DNA of 64,000 nt from Styela clava (GCF_964204865.1 NC_135262.1:7502001-7566000); one strand, 5' to 3'; counted from the first letter of the stretch, positions 38,501-50,799 are shown. Notes: a model not told the origin generated them from the letters alone. Made by a program: numbers and translations.

Positions 38501-39306
38501 CTGATATTGTGGATAACACTGTGCATTATTTAACAAATAGAATATATTCTATTGATCAAATTGGGGATCACAGAAGAAAGCTCTTTTATTTAAATAGATG
38601 CTCTAGTGAAATCCAACAGGTTTGGGGCAATCTACCTATTAGCTGGAAAGAAATTCTATCGAGAAATCATAATTTACCCGAAAACAGACTTGGAATCGAT
38701 AGATATATGAACTCCAATTTATCCACCAAAAAAATAAGTAGTTTATTGAAAATAAGGAAAATCACAGAAATTGCTACACAGCATGATATGTACATTACAC
38801 AAAAATTAAATTTGAATATTCCTATAGACTGGTCAAATATTTGGCAATATAAACTCTCAAATAAATATAAAATTCTAAGTTGGAAAATTTTACATAATGG
38901 TTTACCTACGGGGGACAAATTAAAATATTGGTTTGATGATGAGAATGGACAATGTGTATTTTGTAATGAAAATGAAGAAACCTGTATACATTTATTTTGT
39001 TATTGTGATTGGATAATTGACTTTTGGCAGTGGTGCAATGTAAGGGAAATCAATTGTGACATAATTATTGCTAATAATATTCATAGTGAAGTGGTATCAT
39101 TAATCATTCAATGTGGAAAATCAGCCATATGGGAGTTCAGGAATAGTGTCAAATATGATGATGTATTCCAAATGCAATGTAACTTGCGAGCTATTTTTAA
39201 ATGCAAACTCCTGGGTGTAATCAGATTAATGTCAGATTTTGATAGGCAAAAAATATTATCTGACGAAATTGTTGATGAAGTACTACAAAAATCGATAATG
39301 AGTTGA
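35506..39306 (+). CDS. LINE ORF2: APE endonuclease, reverse transcriptase and C-terminal Zn finger (1266 aa, intact)
   Basis: YNVKG, CLQETH, GDFN, SRLDR and FSDH (APE); RGPGYWKFN (L1/Tx1 linker); KSPGLDG, NWRPITLLN, GVRQGCPL and FADD (RT); CVFC..ETCIHLFCYC. Confidence 0.96.
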   Translation: MHFKEGVKVLTYNVKGIRNMAKRKSIFEFLKRGKSDIICLQETHCGSDEEADDWTKEWGNNAFWSVSSNITCGVAILFSSKMDSDLFIKEIDINGRYIILTWQSSESLHMLINIYAPNSCRDRKEFFEFIDSKIEFYISLLTTPLYQIWLGGDFNCVLDKLDKYPEQNFRRDNSIVKLEEIIDKWNLVDIWRHLNLNSKVYTWKQKRGCSRMAQSRLDRWYLSSNQIYNVIRTDVEMATFSDHYPFQIVTSSFKNVKRGPGYWKFNAQLIEFEYFILGIESILQAWHFKLCNLDDAEKGAFWDTCKSKIKIWAIHCSKIKKESDNQREDKLLVKYREAYREMQDNIEDEDTHQAIHDTELEIKEYYEQKSKGAIIRARVNWAEKGEKSNKYFLNLEKSKGKAKMFKSLRKSDNSLVYTCKEIQEEQVQFYKNLYQSDENLDVNIQNYLLNNYQQKVSDEQKQEMDNDLTEEELENAFKQMKLNKSPGLDGLTKEFYVKFWKQLRPILLLIYNSYHKQSCLSQNTSLGVITLLYKKGDKNDIKNWRPITLLNFEYKLIAKVLALRMKAVLPDIINHDQTGFIEGRTIHENLLTIRDDIFWANKQNQPLIIFSIDQEKAYDTVDRVLLLRILKKVNFGNYFIRWVNTLFNNTNAKIITNGFLSKQFSITRGVRQGCPLAPLLYIIMSELLASSIRYNRAIIGFQNCAGDREKYKGFADDTIVTVESLSSIDEVLKLMAEFEKATGLRINIPKCNIMLCGSAKRLNLGPSYKGIQIQEELKILGAYIGNNVVSRDKNWLKIINSIQNVVNLWQGRKLSMIGKIIIVKSLMLSKVWHIANFEIMPGNFVRKLESIIWKFIWNNKTQLVSRQITSNIFTSGGLNMLDLRSQIKALQVKWIFKILKNESRPWSKRANYFINNYCNILSKDNLECLYLKVQFDKVTTIPNFYTAIINSFKDIKLERNHPFNITEVKNEILWYNPLISEQNYRFSSKWIQAKVISVADIVDNTVHYLTNRIYSIDQIGDHRRKLFYLNRCSSEIQQVWGNLPISWKEILSRNHNLPENRLGIDRYMNSNLSTKKISSLLKIRKITEIATQHDMYITQKLNLNIPIDWSNIWQYKLSNKYKILSWKILHNGLPTGDKLKYWFDDENGQCVFCNENEETCIHLFCYCDWIIDFWQWCNVREINCDIIIANNIHSEVVSLIIQCGKSAIWEFRNSVKYDDVFQMQCNLRAIFKCKLLGVIRLMSDFDRQKILSDEIVDEVLQKSIMS

Positions 39307-40051
39307 AGAAATTGAGATTGTCTTGATTTAGGAGGTTTGACTATATAAATGATTGCATAACATAGACAGATTAAATGAAAATCTAGTAGCATGATAGGTT
39401 TTTGAATTTTCTGTCTAATTTTTTTGAAACCTTCTCTTTTTCCATGCTAATATAAAATAATTAATTATATATGTACATAAAAATGTTATATTTATGACGA
39501 AATATGGACAATCTTCAATACAAACGGATATATGACGAAAAATGGATTATCATCACTGGGTTTGATATGTATTAAAAATTGTTTATCCAACTGTTTTAAT
39601 TTTCCTCAATTACCGTAATTGGAACGCAATACATGCAATTGGTTTCCAACAAACAAAAAAAAAATAAAATTATATAAAACAAAAACTGAAAATTTAATTG
39701 GATTCAAAAACATAATTAAATAATTCCATATTGACTCTGGAATTGAATTTGGCAAAAAAAAAAAAAAAGTTTTTGGCGTTTTGGTGAAAAGCCGAAAGGT
39801 GCGTGTTATCTATAACCAGTCAGTTTCTAATGTCAATACGGTACTTGTTAGCACTGTTTATTGACAGCGTTTTCATTCCACCACCGTTCATACTGTCAGT
39901 GTCAGACAGTAATGGCAGAATGGTGACTGGTGACAATCACGAGTTTTACCCGTGAAAGTGGATTTTCGCTCGCGTGTATTTTCGGGGAGCGCTAGCGTGC
40001 AATTGTCATGAAATCCAATCTGGCCTGTCGGTAGTTATCAAGTTGTATTAA

Positions 40052-40655
40052 ACGACACGCCAAACGTCCGCATGCAGAGATACCAAGACCGCGTGAAAAC
40101 CTAGATTCTTAGCGTGCAACTGGGAGAATGGCTCTATTTGAGAAAAGCCTTAATAAACAAATATAAAATTATTTGAACGGAACAGTGCAACTGCGTGACT
40201 TGACGCAAACCACGGTGACGATGCGTATTTTATATAGGTCAAACGTCAAATAATTGACACAAACAAAAAGAAAGGAACAGTTTCGTACAGGTATAAATTC
40301 TTTCGTTTTAAGACTGATCTATCTAGTTGGGATAGGATTTACATATTTATATCATTGATAATCGTCATGTTTTGCTGAAAAGCGGAAAGGTGCGTGTTGT
40401 CTATAACCAGTCACTTTGTAATATTGAAACCTGTTAGCACTGTTTGTTGACAGCTGTTACATTCCGCCACCCTTCATCTGTTCATACTGTCAAATATAAC
40501 TGTAATGGTGACTGGCTGACTGGTGAACAATCACGAGTTTTCTCTGTGAAAGTGGATTTTTGCTCGCGTATATTTTCAGGGAACGCTAGCATGCTCGGCG
40601 TGCAATTGCCATGTGATCCAATCTGACCTGTCGGTAGGTACCCTATCAAGTTGAA
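40052..40655 (+). repeat. Second copy of a tandemly duplicated CpG-rich promoter-like segment
   Basis: Colinear with 32115-32170, 32617-32821 and 39779-40050, i.e. the copy split by the LINE. Confidence 0.85.
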
Positions 40656-40766
40656 TTGAATATTTTTTTTAAAATTCATGTCTTTCATGCGGGTGATGTA
40701 ACAGGTTTAAATCATTTCTTTTTATAATAATCTGTTCTTCCAGCATTGTCAACAAAAATATTTACA

Positions 40767-42287
40767 ATGTTTAACCCACTGAACTTATTATCTGCCGAAT
40801 CACTTATCTTAATTTGCACACTTTTCTTGCTTGTGAGATATCTTCTTCAACGCAAATGGAGCATTCTCTCATCCTGGAATATTCCGCACGACCCTCCATC
40901 TGTTAGAAATTTTGGTCACGCAAAGATCATAGTATCAGAAAAAGTTTTTGAATACGAGTTAGAATGCAAGAAAAAATTTGGTCCCATATGGGGGTATTAC
41001 GTCATGACCGCTCCGAGAATTGTCATCCATGATCCAGAGATTCTGAAAGTAATATATATCAAAGAATTTTCAAAATTTCCAAATCGAGTGAATAAATTCA
41101 GACTCGTTCATGGAGAAGAATTAGCAAATGGTTTGTTGTTTACGCTTGATGATCAATGGAAGCGCATCAGAACGACTATGACGCCTACTTTTTCCACAGC
41201 AAAATTGAGGCAAATGGTTGGAATAGTGAAACGGTGTGGTGACGATACTATTGATGTATTTCGTCGCAAAATAAATTCAACAGATGGAATTTTTGTGGCA
41301 AGAAGTGTTTTTGGGGGACTTTCGATGGACGTTGTTTGTGCGGCTGCATTTAGTACTGACGTAAATTCGCAAGACGAAACCAAGATACAGCCTCGTATAA
41401 CAGCCAATGCAAATAAGTTTTTCAGGACTGGATTTTTTCAAGCTTCATTTCTGATTGCTGCAATATTTCCGTTTTTAGAGGGTTTGGTATCAAAACATGC
41501 AAGCCAGAGAAGTCATATTGTGTATTTTCGTGACTTGTGTCATGATTTAATGGAACAAAGACGTAAAGAAAAAGGGGATAGAGTCGATTTAATGCAATTA
41601 ATGTCAGATGCGGAAGTTCCAGAATCAGAATTGAAAGATGATGCTAAAAAGGGAATGTCAGAATTGGAGATAATCGGAAATTCTATCACAATGCTTTTTG
41701 CTGGATATGAAACAACAAGTACAGCTATGTCATTTTTGGCATACAACTTAGCCCAGTATCCCGAAACCCAGAAGCAACTTCAGACAGAAATTGATAAAAT
41801 GTTCGAAGAATGTGTTGAGTTGGATTATGATAGTGTAAATCAGCTGAAATTTCTTGATATGTGCTTGAATGAGAGTTTACGTTTGTATTGCCCCATTCCA
41901 CGGAACTCAAGAATCGCCAAGGAAGAAGTCACCATTGGTGGGCTCACCATTCCGAAAGGATCACTTGTAGCCATTCCGATTTATGCCTTGTGTCATGATC
42001 CCGACTACTGGGAAGATCCGATGGAATTCAAGCCAGAAAGAATGAGAAATATGGATGAAATTGACAACATTATTTTCCAACCGTTTGGCTGTGGACCAAG
42101 AAATTGCATTGGAATGAGGTTTGCAATGATGGAAATCAAAATCACATTCTGCAAACTCCTGCATCTATTTAGCTTTGAACCAACAGCTGAAACACCGAAG
42201 CCACCACTGAAGCTTAAATATGATTTGACCACCAGATCTAAAGTTAATTTTAATCTGAAAGTCGTGCCCAGAGATAGAAACCCCTAA
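40767..42287 (+). CDS. Cytochrome P450 clan 3 (CYP3-like), intronless, copy 1
   Basis: N-terminal membrane anchor, WKRIR, AGYETTS, ESLR, PERM, FGCGPRNCIG heme motif. Confidence 0.95.
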   Translation: MFNPLNLLSAESLILICTLFLLVRYLLQRKWSILSSWNIPHDPPSVRNFGHAKIIVSEKVFEYELECKKKFGPIWGYYVMTAPRIVIHDPEILKVIYIKEFSKFPNRVNKFRLVHGEELANGLLFTLDDQWKRIRTTMTPTFSTAKLRQMVGIVKRCGDDTIDVFRRKINSTDGIFVARSVFGGLSMDVVCAAAFSTDVNSQDETKIQPRITANANKFFRTGFFQASFLIAAIFPFLEGLVSKHASQRSHIVYFRDLCHDLMEQRRKEKGDRVDLMQLMSDAEVPESELKDDAKKGMSELEIIGNSITMLFAGYETTSTAMSFLAYNLAQYPETQKQLQTEIDKMFEECVELDYDSVNQLKFLDMCLNESLRLYCPIPRNSRIAKEEVTIGGLTIPKGSLVAIPIYALCHDPDYWEDPMEFKPERMRNMDEIDNIIFQPFGCGPRNCIGMRFAMMEIKITFCKLLHLFSFEPTAETPKPPLKLKYDLTTRSKVNFNLKVVPRDRNP

Positions 42288-42698
42288 CTTTCCTCCAGGA
42301 ATACCAGTATATGTATCTCCTATTTTATCCACTTATATGCATGTTTGAATGTAATAGAATCATGTAAAATGAGTTATATAAGTCTTCTATAAAAATCTAG
42401 TCAAACTACTATTCTATCAGGAACTCGACTTGCTACATAGTGTAATTTACAACATGTTGACGAGGCAAATTGAGGGAGTTGCAAAATGCAGCAGAATTGA
42501 AAAATAAGAATAATTTATACTCTAGATCAAATGGAATTTGCTGAATTTCAGCTTGGATGAAACTTAACTCAAATATTTTTATACATTTTCTATATCTTTC
42601 GACTCTGGACAAGGCTCTGCACAATAAGCCACTGATATTGCTATTTAATTTGTAAAGATTGAAATGTAACGTAACATGTATTGTTCCTTGATATTGTA

Positions 42699-43006
42699 CA
42701 GGGGTGTGAAACATTTTTTGTTGGTGGGCCATATAACCAACTTCAGACATTCAGCTGGGCCACACAAAAATTTTTGTTTTTCCATGTACACAACGATTTA
42801 AAATATTCTCACAAGGCAAAATTTAATTTATAGAATAGGAGAAAAAAACATGATATATTTTTACCCGCGTGAGCGTTTTTTAAACATAAACTGTCGGAAT
42901 AGGATTTCATACTTAATAGGGATTAATTTGAGTGTCGACAAGAGCCACACTAAATGGCTTTGATAGGCCAGGTTATGGCCTGCAGGCTGCCTGTTGCACA
43001 CCCGTA
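42699..43006. mobile_element. hAT MITE
   Basis: CAGGGGTGTGAAACA / TGTTGCACACCCGTA; TSD ATATTGTA on both sides. Confidence 0.7.
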
Positions 43007-46000
43007 ATATTGTATATATTTGTATTGTTCTTGTGCCTTGTATGTGTCAAACACACCACTGTTTTCCATAATATATTAATTGATATTTTTGGGCAAAAAA
43101 ACACATGGTTATCTATGCAGGATGTCTTAAAGACAGGATTCAATTGAAAAAAAAGTTAGATGCAATAAAATAATCGAATCCTTTTATTCTCAGATTCAAA
43201 TTCTGCCGTTAATACCAAAATGTACTCGATTCTTTTTTGTGACTTTTGTGACTTGTGACAATGTGACTTTTGTAACATTTGATGAAAAGTTCTACAATGT
43301 GTTCTTAGGTTAGGTATTTAACTTCGGGCAAATTGTTTTAGTAAGCTTAAGATGGGGTTTATTATGGAACCAATGGTTTGGCAAAATGTAACCAATATTA
43401 GAATTGATTTATATTATATTTCTTTTTCTCTCATGCTGCCTTTCACATGATATTAATATGATATATCATATATGTATATTTTTAAATTTCATCTTATATT
43501 GTTTATATGATGCATGCTTGGAACTTGCTCTAATATTTCACTCAAGATGATCTTTACACTAAAAAAATTTGTTCAGTTTTCAGCAACAAAACTATTGCAA
43601 CTTTAAATGTAATACACATTATTTCACTTTCAGGAAATTTATTCTATACACGACAACACATACATGTATTCTATTGTTAATAGGTTGATCTTGCTTTGAT
43701 ACACATAACTATTGAAAATATATCATTTCTTCAGTGAGGTGCTAGTCACCCAATCTGTTTTTACAGTAACAAATACTTGAAAATAAGTTTTACATCTTGT
43801 CAGGTATTAAATTATATGTTTCGAATTATATTATTTGTTTTGCTTCTCTTTATAACATAGAGTATAATATTGCTGTATATACATTTTTTGATTTTTTGTT
43901 TAATCATAACACATTGTTTAACTTCATTTTTAACCCGAAGTTTTCAATTTTCTTCTTCTCGTTTAGTCATTTGCTTGAATAGTAGGGTCCGATGCTGCAC
44001 AGCTGTTTGTTAAATGTATGCTGTGTGATAAATTTAGCACTTACATGGTGTTGTATACTCAAGGGTGTTATTTCCACTTCAGAAAACTGTTCTTCACAGT
44101 AAAAAATTCTTTCACATTTTCTGATTTTTTTTATGAAAGAGATAGGTTTTGAGTTGCTGTCATTTGTTTTATTATTAAGTGTTGTTTACAAAATTATTGG
44201 AAATCCCACATTAGGAAGCTATTAACTGTATTCACATTTTGCACTTTCATTATTTTAAGTGCAGTTTATTATTTGCTAATAATAATCATCAAGGATGTGA
44301 AATAAATATCTAAAGTGTAATGTAGCTCTTACTACTATAGTATTTAGCACTGTATAGCCAAACTAAAATATTGTGTTTATCCATATTGTCAGCATGATAT
44401 TTTTTTCAGGTGGCTCAAAAGAGGCCTAATTGCAACATTTTTTTACACATATTTAAAAAAAATATATAATCATATTATGTTCCTTCCCTCTATATATTTG
44501 TGTTTTTTTTTTGTAGATTTTAAACTTGAATAATGATGATGTACTTAACTTGACTGACCTATTAGAAGAAATCCAGAAGTGAGATTATTCTATTTTTCTA
44601 TCGTGAATAGTACATGCATTGGAAGTATGCATCTTCTAACTCAAATATTCATGATTATATGATACTGAACCATGGATGCATATATAAGCAAGTAAGCGTA
44701 AGTAATATTTTATTCCTGTTCTATTAGATTTCACACTTTCGGGGAAGATATATTTGCATAACAGCAAGTATTTTATATATTTTATTTACCATATTTGAAT
44801 ATAAATTTTATTGGTAATAATCTATGGATTTCCACTTGGATTGTACTTACACTACTTTTACTGTTATGTATCGATATAAAAAGGACTGTAAATTATGTAA
44901 AAATTGCCAATCAATCCAATTTTGCAAGGTTTCTTTTTTTATTTTGCCATAAAATCACAGTTTGGTCAGGTGTGCTTATATATTTATCTAACCCTGACAT
45001 GGGCAAGTTACGGCCAGAGGGCCAATTCAATCTGGCCCGCCTGATACTTCCGCCACCAAATTGAAACCAAATTTTGATTATTTAGCGTAAGAAATAGCTC
45101 AAAAAATTTGTTGAGATTGCGATCAGATTTAGGTTTGGCACAAGGTTTATTTTTATCCACTTTTGCTTTCGTAACACTGTAAATATTGTTCATAAAATAT
45201 ACCTAACTTTTATGTCACATTTACATGGTCCGACCTTCTAGATGGGCAAAATTTTTGGCCCTTCGTCGAAAACCTTGCCCACTCCTGTATTAACCTCAGA
45301 TCAAGATTTATGTATTTCATGCAAATTTAGTTCCTAATTAATTTTGGTCCTTCTGAAGTATGCGCACCAAGATGGCGCACAACCTGAACTCAGGTTATTA
45401 CAGTAGTTTAAATCCATATTTCTCATTTCAACCCAATATTGCATATTTTTTGAAAAGCTATGAATTTTACTGTATGCTAAACTTGAATCGATTAAAATTT
45501 AGTAAAAATATTTCATTTGAATGAATAGACATATTTTGTTAACAACACTCCTACTCTCCTAGTATACAAATCTGATATTAAATTAATAATACTGGCGGTT
45601 GTTTACCTTGAAACCTAACTATTGTTTTTGACATGTACCGGTAATACTTTTCAACCTTATAAAAAACCTTTTGTGATAATCTGTATTGTAGATTTATATC
45701 AGACTTGAAAGAGATTTTTTTTCCATCCATTATAATATTAGGTATAAAGAGTTAAATCAAATATTATTTTTCATTATACAATCCTCAGAATACATGTTAA
45801 TTTTCACTGATTGAGGTTATTGTATTGGGAATTTGTTGCTGCCCCATATTAGATATTGAAATTGGGCTATTTGTTAGTAAAAAGTGTTATCTATTATGCA
45901 CCTTTCAACATACCTAAGTCAAACTGGATTTGGTAGTATTTGATGAGGTTGACTTGTCAAAATTTTTCAGCCATGTACCTTGACAGTTGACATATATTGG

Positions 46001-46349
46001 TAGTATTTTTTGTTGTAATCATTACTCTTATTAACATTTTTGGCAACTACCGTAGTTTTCCTCAAGTTTAATGCATTTGCCATCAAAATTTTATTCTCCA
46101 TACCCATTTTTGGCTTTGTTTAGTTCAATTTTTTTGATAAATTTGTTTTCACCTGATATGCTTTGGTTCCAAAAATCTTGTAATTACATACTGTAGTCTG
46201 TATTGGTTTATAAAGTCAATTCAAAACTCCAGAACAATATTTTTGGCATTAACTCCGACTGCTCAGTATAAGCAAGAAAGGTAGCCGATTTTTAACCCCT
46301 GTAAATAATACTTGTGTTTATTTTCAGAAAATTACTACCTATCATAATT

Positions 46350-47885
46350 ATGCAATATTTTTTTGAATATTTGTCCTTTGAAACATGGATACTATTAGGC
46401 TCTTTGATCCTGTTGGCAAGATATTATATTCAACTAAAATGGAGTATGTTGGACAGCCTGCATATTCCACATGACCCACCTTCTATTTGGAACTTCGGGC
46501 ATTTGAAGCAAGCAGTTATGAACAGAATTTCCAATTATGACTCTGATCAGAAAGAAAAACACGGTCCAATTTGGGGTTATTATGTTTTCTTTCGGCCTAG
46601 GATAGTCTGCCATGACTTGGAAATACTTCAGCAAATATTTATTAAAGAATTTTCAACTTTTCGTAATAGATTGGGTGGATTTGCGGGTTTAAATGGAGAG
46701 GAAATGGCGAATGGTTTACTCGAAGCTGCGGACAGCCAGTGGAAGCGTATGCGTAAAACAATGACCCCAACATTTTCTACTTCCCGGCTGAGACAAATGT
46801 TTAATATCATTGACTGGTGTACGAATAATACTCTTGCTGTATTTAAAAATACGGTTGACAGGAAAAATGGAGTGTTTACAGCCAAAGATGTTTTCTCAAG
46901 ATTGTCCCTTGATGTCATATGCTCATCTGCTTTTAGTACTGATGTTAATTCACAAGATGATTCTAAAGATGAGCCTCAAATCTCTGTCAATGCTAAAAAT
47001 CTTTTTAAGAATAGTCGTTTTGATCCAACATTTCTTATTAGCATTATGTTTCCATCACTTGGGAGTAAACTTTTTAAATTTAGTAAGAGAAGTCCTCTGT
47101 TTCGTTATTTTAATGATGTATGCAAGAAAATAATACAGCAGAGAAATGCTGAAGATTCTCTTTCAAATCGGATTGACTTATTACAACTTATGTTGAATTC
47201 TAAAGTCCCTGCTTCTGAGTTGGACAAAGATTCCAAGAAAGGAATGTCAGAAATAGAGATAATTGGAAATTCGATCGTTATGATTTTAGCTGGATATGAA
47301 ACCACCAGTACTGTCATGTCATTTCTTGCTTATAATTTGGCTCAATATCCTAAAGTTCAACACAAACTTCAAGCTGAAATAGATGAAATGTATGAAACGA
47401 AAGATTCGCTAGACTTTGACACTGTGAATTCACTTCAATATCTTGATATGTGCATTAATGAAAGTATACGCCTCTACACACCAGTTCCCAGAACAGTTCG
47501 TAAGAGTAATAAAGACATTACTCTTAGTGGTTTAACAATACCTAAAGACATGTTGATTGTAATACCAATTGCTTCACTTTGCCACGATCCTGAGTATTGG
47601 AACGAACCCATGGAATTTCAACCAGAAAGAATGAGAAATGTAAATGAAATGCATCCTATGGTATTTCAGCCATTTGGAAGTGGACCAAGAAATTGTATTG
47701 GTATGCGGTTCGCATTAATGGAGGTAAAAGTTGCATTCTGTAAACTCCTGCATGAATTTAGTTTTAAGCCGACTTTAGATACCCCTGTACCTCCACTGCA
47801 AATAATAGTTAATGCGTCTACCATTCGGCCAAAGGTAAACTTTAATCTTCAAATTGTACCAAGGATGAATCAGGTAGATAGATAG
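46350..47885 (+). CDS. Cytochrome P450 clan 3 (CYP3-like), intronless, copy 2
   Basis: AGYETTS, ESIR, PERM, FGSGPRNCIG. Confidence 0.95.
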   Translation: MQYFFEYLSFETWILLGSLILLARYYIQLKWSMLDSLHIPHDPPSIWNFGHLKQAVMNRISNYDSDQKEKHGPIWGYYVFFRPRIVCHDLEILQQIFIKEFSTFRNRLGGFAGLNGEEMANGLLEAADSQWKRMRKTMTPTFSTSRLRQMFNIIDWCTNNTLAVFKNTVDRKNGVFTAKDVFSRLSLDVICSSAFSTDVNSQDDSKDEPQISVNAKNLFKNSRFDPTFLISIMFPSLGSKLFKFSKRSPLFRYFNDVCKKIIQQRNAEDSLSNRIDLLQLMLNSKVPASELDKDSKKGMSEIEIIGNSIVMILAGYETTSTVMSFLAYNLAQYPKVQHKLQAEIDEMYETKDSLDFDTVNSLQYLDMCINESIRLYTPVPRTVRKSNKDITLSGLTIPKDMLIVIPIASLCHDPEYWNEPMEFQPERMRNVNEMHPMVFQPFGSGPRNCIGMRFALMEVKVAFCKLLHEFSFKPTLDTPVPPLQIIVNASTIRPKVNFNLQIVPRMNQVDR

Positions 47886-49187
47886 TTTTATTGGAGTTCA
47901 CTTCAAATTTCTTGAACTTTTCTTATATATGGAATACATCTCGAACAAGTATTATATTATATATACACAATTAAATTTCTAAATATATTACATCTCCACT
48001 TCATATCAATAACACATACGGTATATTTTTTAAAGGCATAACTCGGGTTTAAATATTTCAGATTCAATGGTACTTGATATACCAGTATTTTAAACTCAGG
48101 GGAATATTTAATAATTCAAATGGTATTTTTCTACTATATTAGAATTATATATATTGGTATGGACCCTCTTCCAAAGTCATTGACTGTGGCGCTAGCTGAA
48201 TAAATTTGTATAATTACTCACCTACATCATTTATCTGTATTGATATGTATCAGTACTTGATTTATAATATTAGCTAAAGAGATACCTTTTCATAACCATG
48301 TAGATTTTTATTAGTATAATCATATTTTTAGATTACTGCCACAAGATTATCAGTTTCATAAATGTTATTTATTATTATTTCATTTTTCATTTGCTGTAAA
48401 TATTGCATTACTTTTTATATTTTATACCAGAATCATAGTTTGATATATTTTCAGCATTAGTGTATCATTAGAATTGTTTCAGGATCTATGTATCATTTTG
48501 CAAAATTATTATTGTTCTTGTTGGGGTTTGTTGCCTTGTGGGGTATTCTTCTCTCTTTTCTCCACCAATAATGGACCAATCAATTCTAACTTTGTAGTAC
48601 TTTAATTAATAAAGTTCTATACTAATTCTCAGCTAAGCTTTCACTGGTACTGAAGTAAATTGCCTCAGTTGTTGTCTATGACCGACTATTCACTTATTTC
48701 AAGTCTTTTATTATTTATTTCACCTTCGTTCCCATATTTCTGAACATTTCTATATTATTTATATTAAGTTTAATAGTAGTAAAATTCAGTCAAAAATAAG
48801 GAATGGCTTGTGACCTGTCGTGAGTTCTAAAAAAGTACAGAAGCTAAATTGTTGGGGCATTTATTAAAACTCATGCATATGCATATTTTTACAGTAGGCC
48901 TTTTAAGTTATTGCATGTTGTTAGAGTAGTACTTGAAATGAAACTAGATTTCTGTTACTGGTAATATATTGTCATGAAATACTCTCAAGTTGGTCACACA
49001 ATACACTTGAAGTTCATTGTATTATTTATTTGTGTATTTGAACTTGTCTTTTTTCACTTGCTCCAACTTGTCAGTATTCAATATGTCTTATGATTTTGTA
49101 CAGTTCTATATCATATGCAAATAAACTGTCATCTTTTTTTTTATCAGTTCACATTCAGTATTTGCTGTCTGTATTTTGTCAGGAATT

Positions 49188-50708
49188 ATGACTTATTTTT
49201 TGGAATATTTGTCATTTGAGACATGGATACTCATTGTCTTTTTGTTGCTGCTGGCAAGATATTATATTCATCGTGAATGGAGTGTTTTGAGCCGGCTGCA
49301 AATACCTTATGATCCACCTTCCATGCTCAACCTTGGTAATTTGAGACAAGCGATGTCGAATGAGGTGTTTACTTATGACTTGGACCACAAGGAAAAATAT
49401 GGTTTGATTTGGGGTTTCTATGCATTACTGAGACCCAGAATAGTTTGTCATGATTTGGAAATACTTCAACAAATATTCATCAAAGAATTTTCGAGTTTTC
49501 CAAACAGATCGCCAAATGCTGCAGGAATAAACGGGAAAGAAATGCAAAATGCTCTGATAGAATCAAAAGATGGCCAATGGAAACGTATGCGCAAAACAAT
49601 AACTCCAACATTTTCTACTTCTAAGTTGAAACAAATGCTCAATATTATGGACTGGTGTGTCAAAAACACTTTTTCAAGTCTCCAGAAAAAGATCGAACAA
49701 ACAAATGGAGTTTTTTCAGCCAAAGATGTTTTTGCAAAATTGTCACTCGATGTCATATGCTCATCCGCTTTTAGTACTGATGTTAATTCACAAGATGAAT
49801 CTAAACAGGAGCCTCAAATCTCTGTCAATGCAAGAAATATTACTAAAATGGGTAATGACCCTACTCTTTACCTGAGCATTTTGTTTCCATGGATTGGTCC
49901 TAAACTTTATGAATACAGCAGAAGGAAACCTGGGATTCAGTTTTTAAGTAATGTTTGTAAAAAAATAATACAGCAGAGAAATGATGATGATTCTGTTTCA
50001 AACCGGGTGGATTTACTACGGCTTATGTTGGATTCCAAAGTCAAGACTTCTGATATAAATAAGGATTTGAAAAAAGGATTGTCAGAAATAGAGATCACCG
50101 GAAATTCGATTATTATGATTCTAGCAGGATATGAAACCACCAGTACCACCATGTCATTTCTTGCTTATAATTTGGCTCAATATCCTGAAGTTCAACGCAA
50201 GCTTCAAGCTGAAATTGATGAAATGTACAGAATTAAAGGGGTACTTGATTATGATGCTGTTAATTCTCTTCAATATCTTGACATGTGCATAAATGAAAGT
50301 ATTCGTCTCTACACACCTATTCCCAGAACTTACCGTACAAGCAATAAGGAGATAACTCTCAGCGGCTTTACCATTCCCCATGGTATGGTAGTTGTAGTTC
50401 CAATTTATGCTCTTTGTCATGACCCAGAGCATTGGAATGATCCCATGGAATTTCAACCAGAAAGAATGGAAAATATAAATGAAATGCATCCAATGCTGTT
50501 TCAGCCATTTGGAAGTGGACCAAGGAATTGTATTGGTATGCGGTTCGCATTAATGGAAGTGAAAATTGCATTCTGTAAACTTCTACATGAGTTCACATTC
50601 GAGCCGACATTGGATACTCCCAAACCCCCATTGAATCTGGTAATAAATGGTAACACTAGTCGCTCAGAAGTAAATTTCAATCTTCGAGTTGTGCCTAGAG
50701 AAAGTTGA
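49188..50708 (+). CDS. Cytochrome P450 clan 3 (CYP3-like), intronless, copy 3
   Basis: Same motifs; closest to copy 2. Confidence 0.95.
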   Translation: MTYFLEYLSFETWILIVFLLLLARYYIHREWSVLSRLQIPYDPPSMLNLGNLRQAMSNEVFTYDLDHKEKYGLIWGFYALLRPRIVCHDLEILQQIFIKEFSSFPNRSPNAAGINGKEMQNALIESKDGQWKRMRKTITPTFSTSKLKQMLNIMDWCVKNTFSSLQKKIEQTNGVFSAKDVFAKLSLDVICSSAFSTDVNSQDESKQEPQISVNARNITKMGNDPTLYLSILFPWIGPKLYEYSRRKPGIQFLSNVCKKIIQQRNDDDSVSNRVDLLRLMLDSKVKTSDINKDLKKGLSEIEITGNSIIMILAGYETTSTTMSFLAYNLAQYPEVQRKLQAEIDEMYRIKGVLDYDAVNSLQYLDMCINESIRLYTPIPRTYRTSNKEITLSGFTIPHGMVVVVPIYALCHDPEHWNDPMEFQPERMENINEMHPMLFQPFGSGPRNCIGMRFALMEVKIAFCKLLHEFTFEPTLDTPKPPLNLVINGNTSRSEVNFNLRVVPRES

Positions 50709-50799
50709 ATGGATAAATGATTTTTTATTTCAATAATTACATTTCCCTAATTATGCAGTACGCTATTCTTCAATTATTATTGATATCAACATCACAATT

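Larger units (their letters stand above)
32822..39768 (+). mobile_element. Apparently full-length L1/Tx1-type non-LTR retrotransposon
   Basis: 10-bp TSD GTTTTTGGCG (32812-32821, 39769-39778), A15 tail (39754-39768), 89-bp 5' UTR, ORF1 and ORF2. A paralogous empty site lies at ~40358-40390. Confidence 0.93.

Noticed and set aside
39965-40605. Several GCGTG cores as AHR/XRE sites
   Set aside because: A 5-mer expected in CpG-rich DNA, partly multiplied by the duplication; ligand-driven AHR control is not established for invertebrate clan-3 genes.
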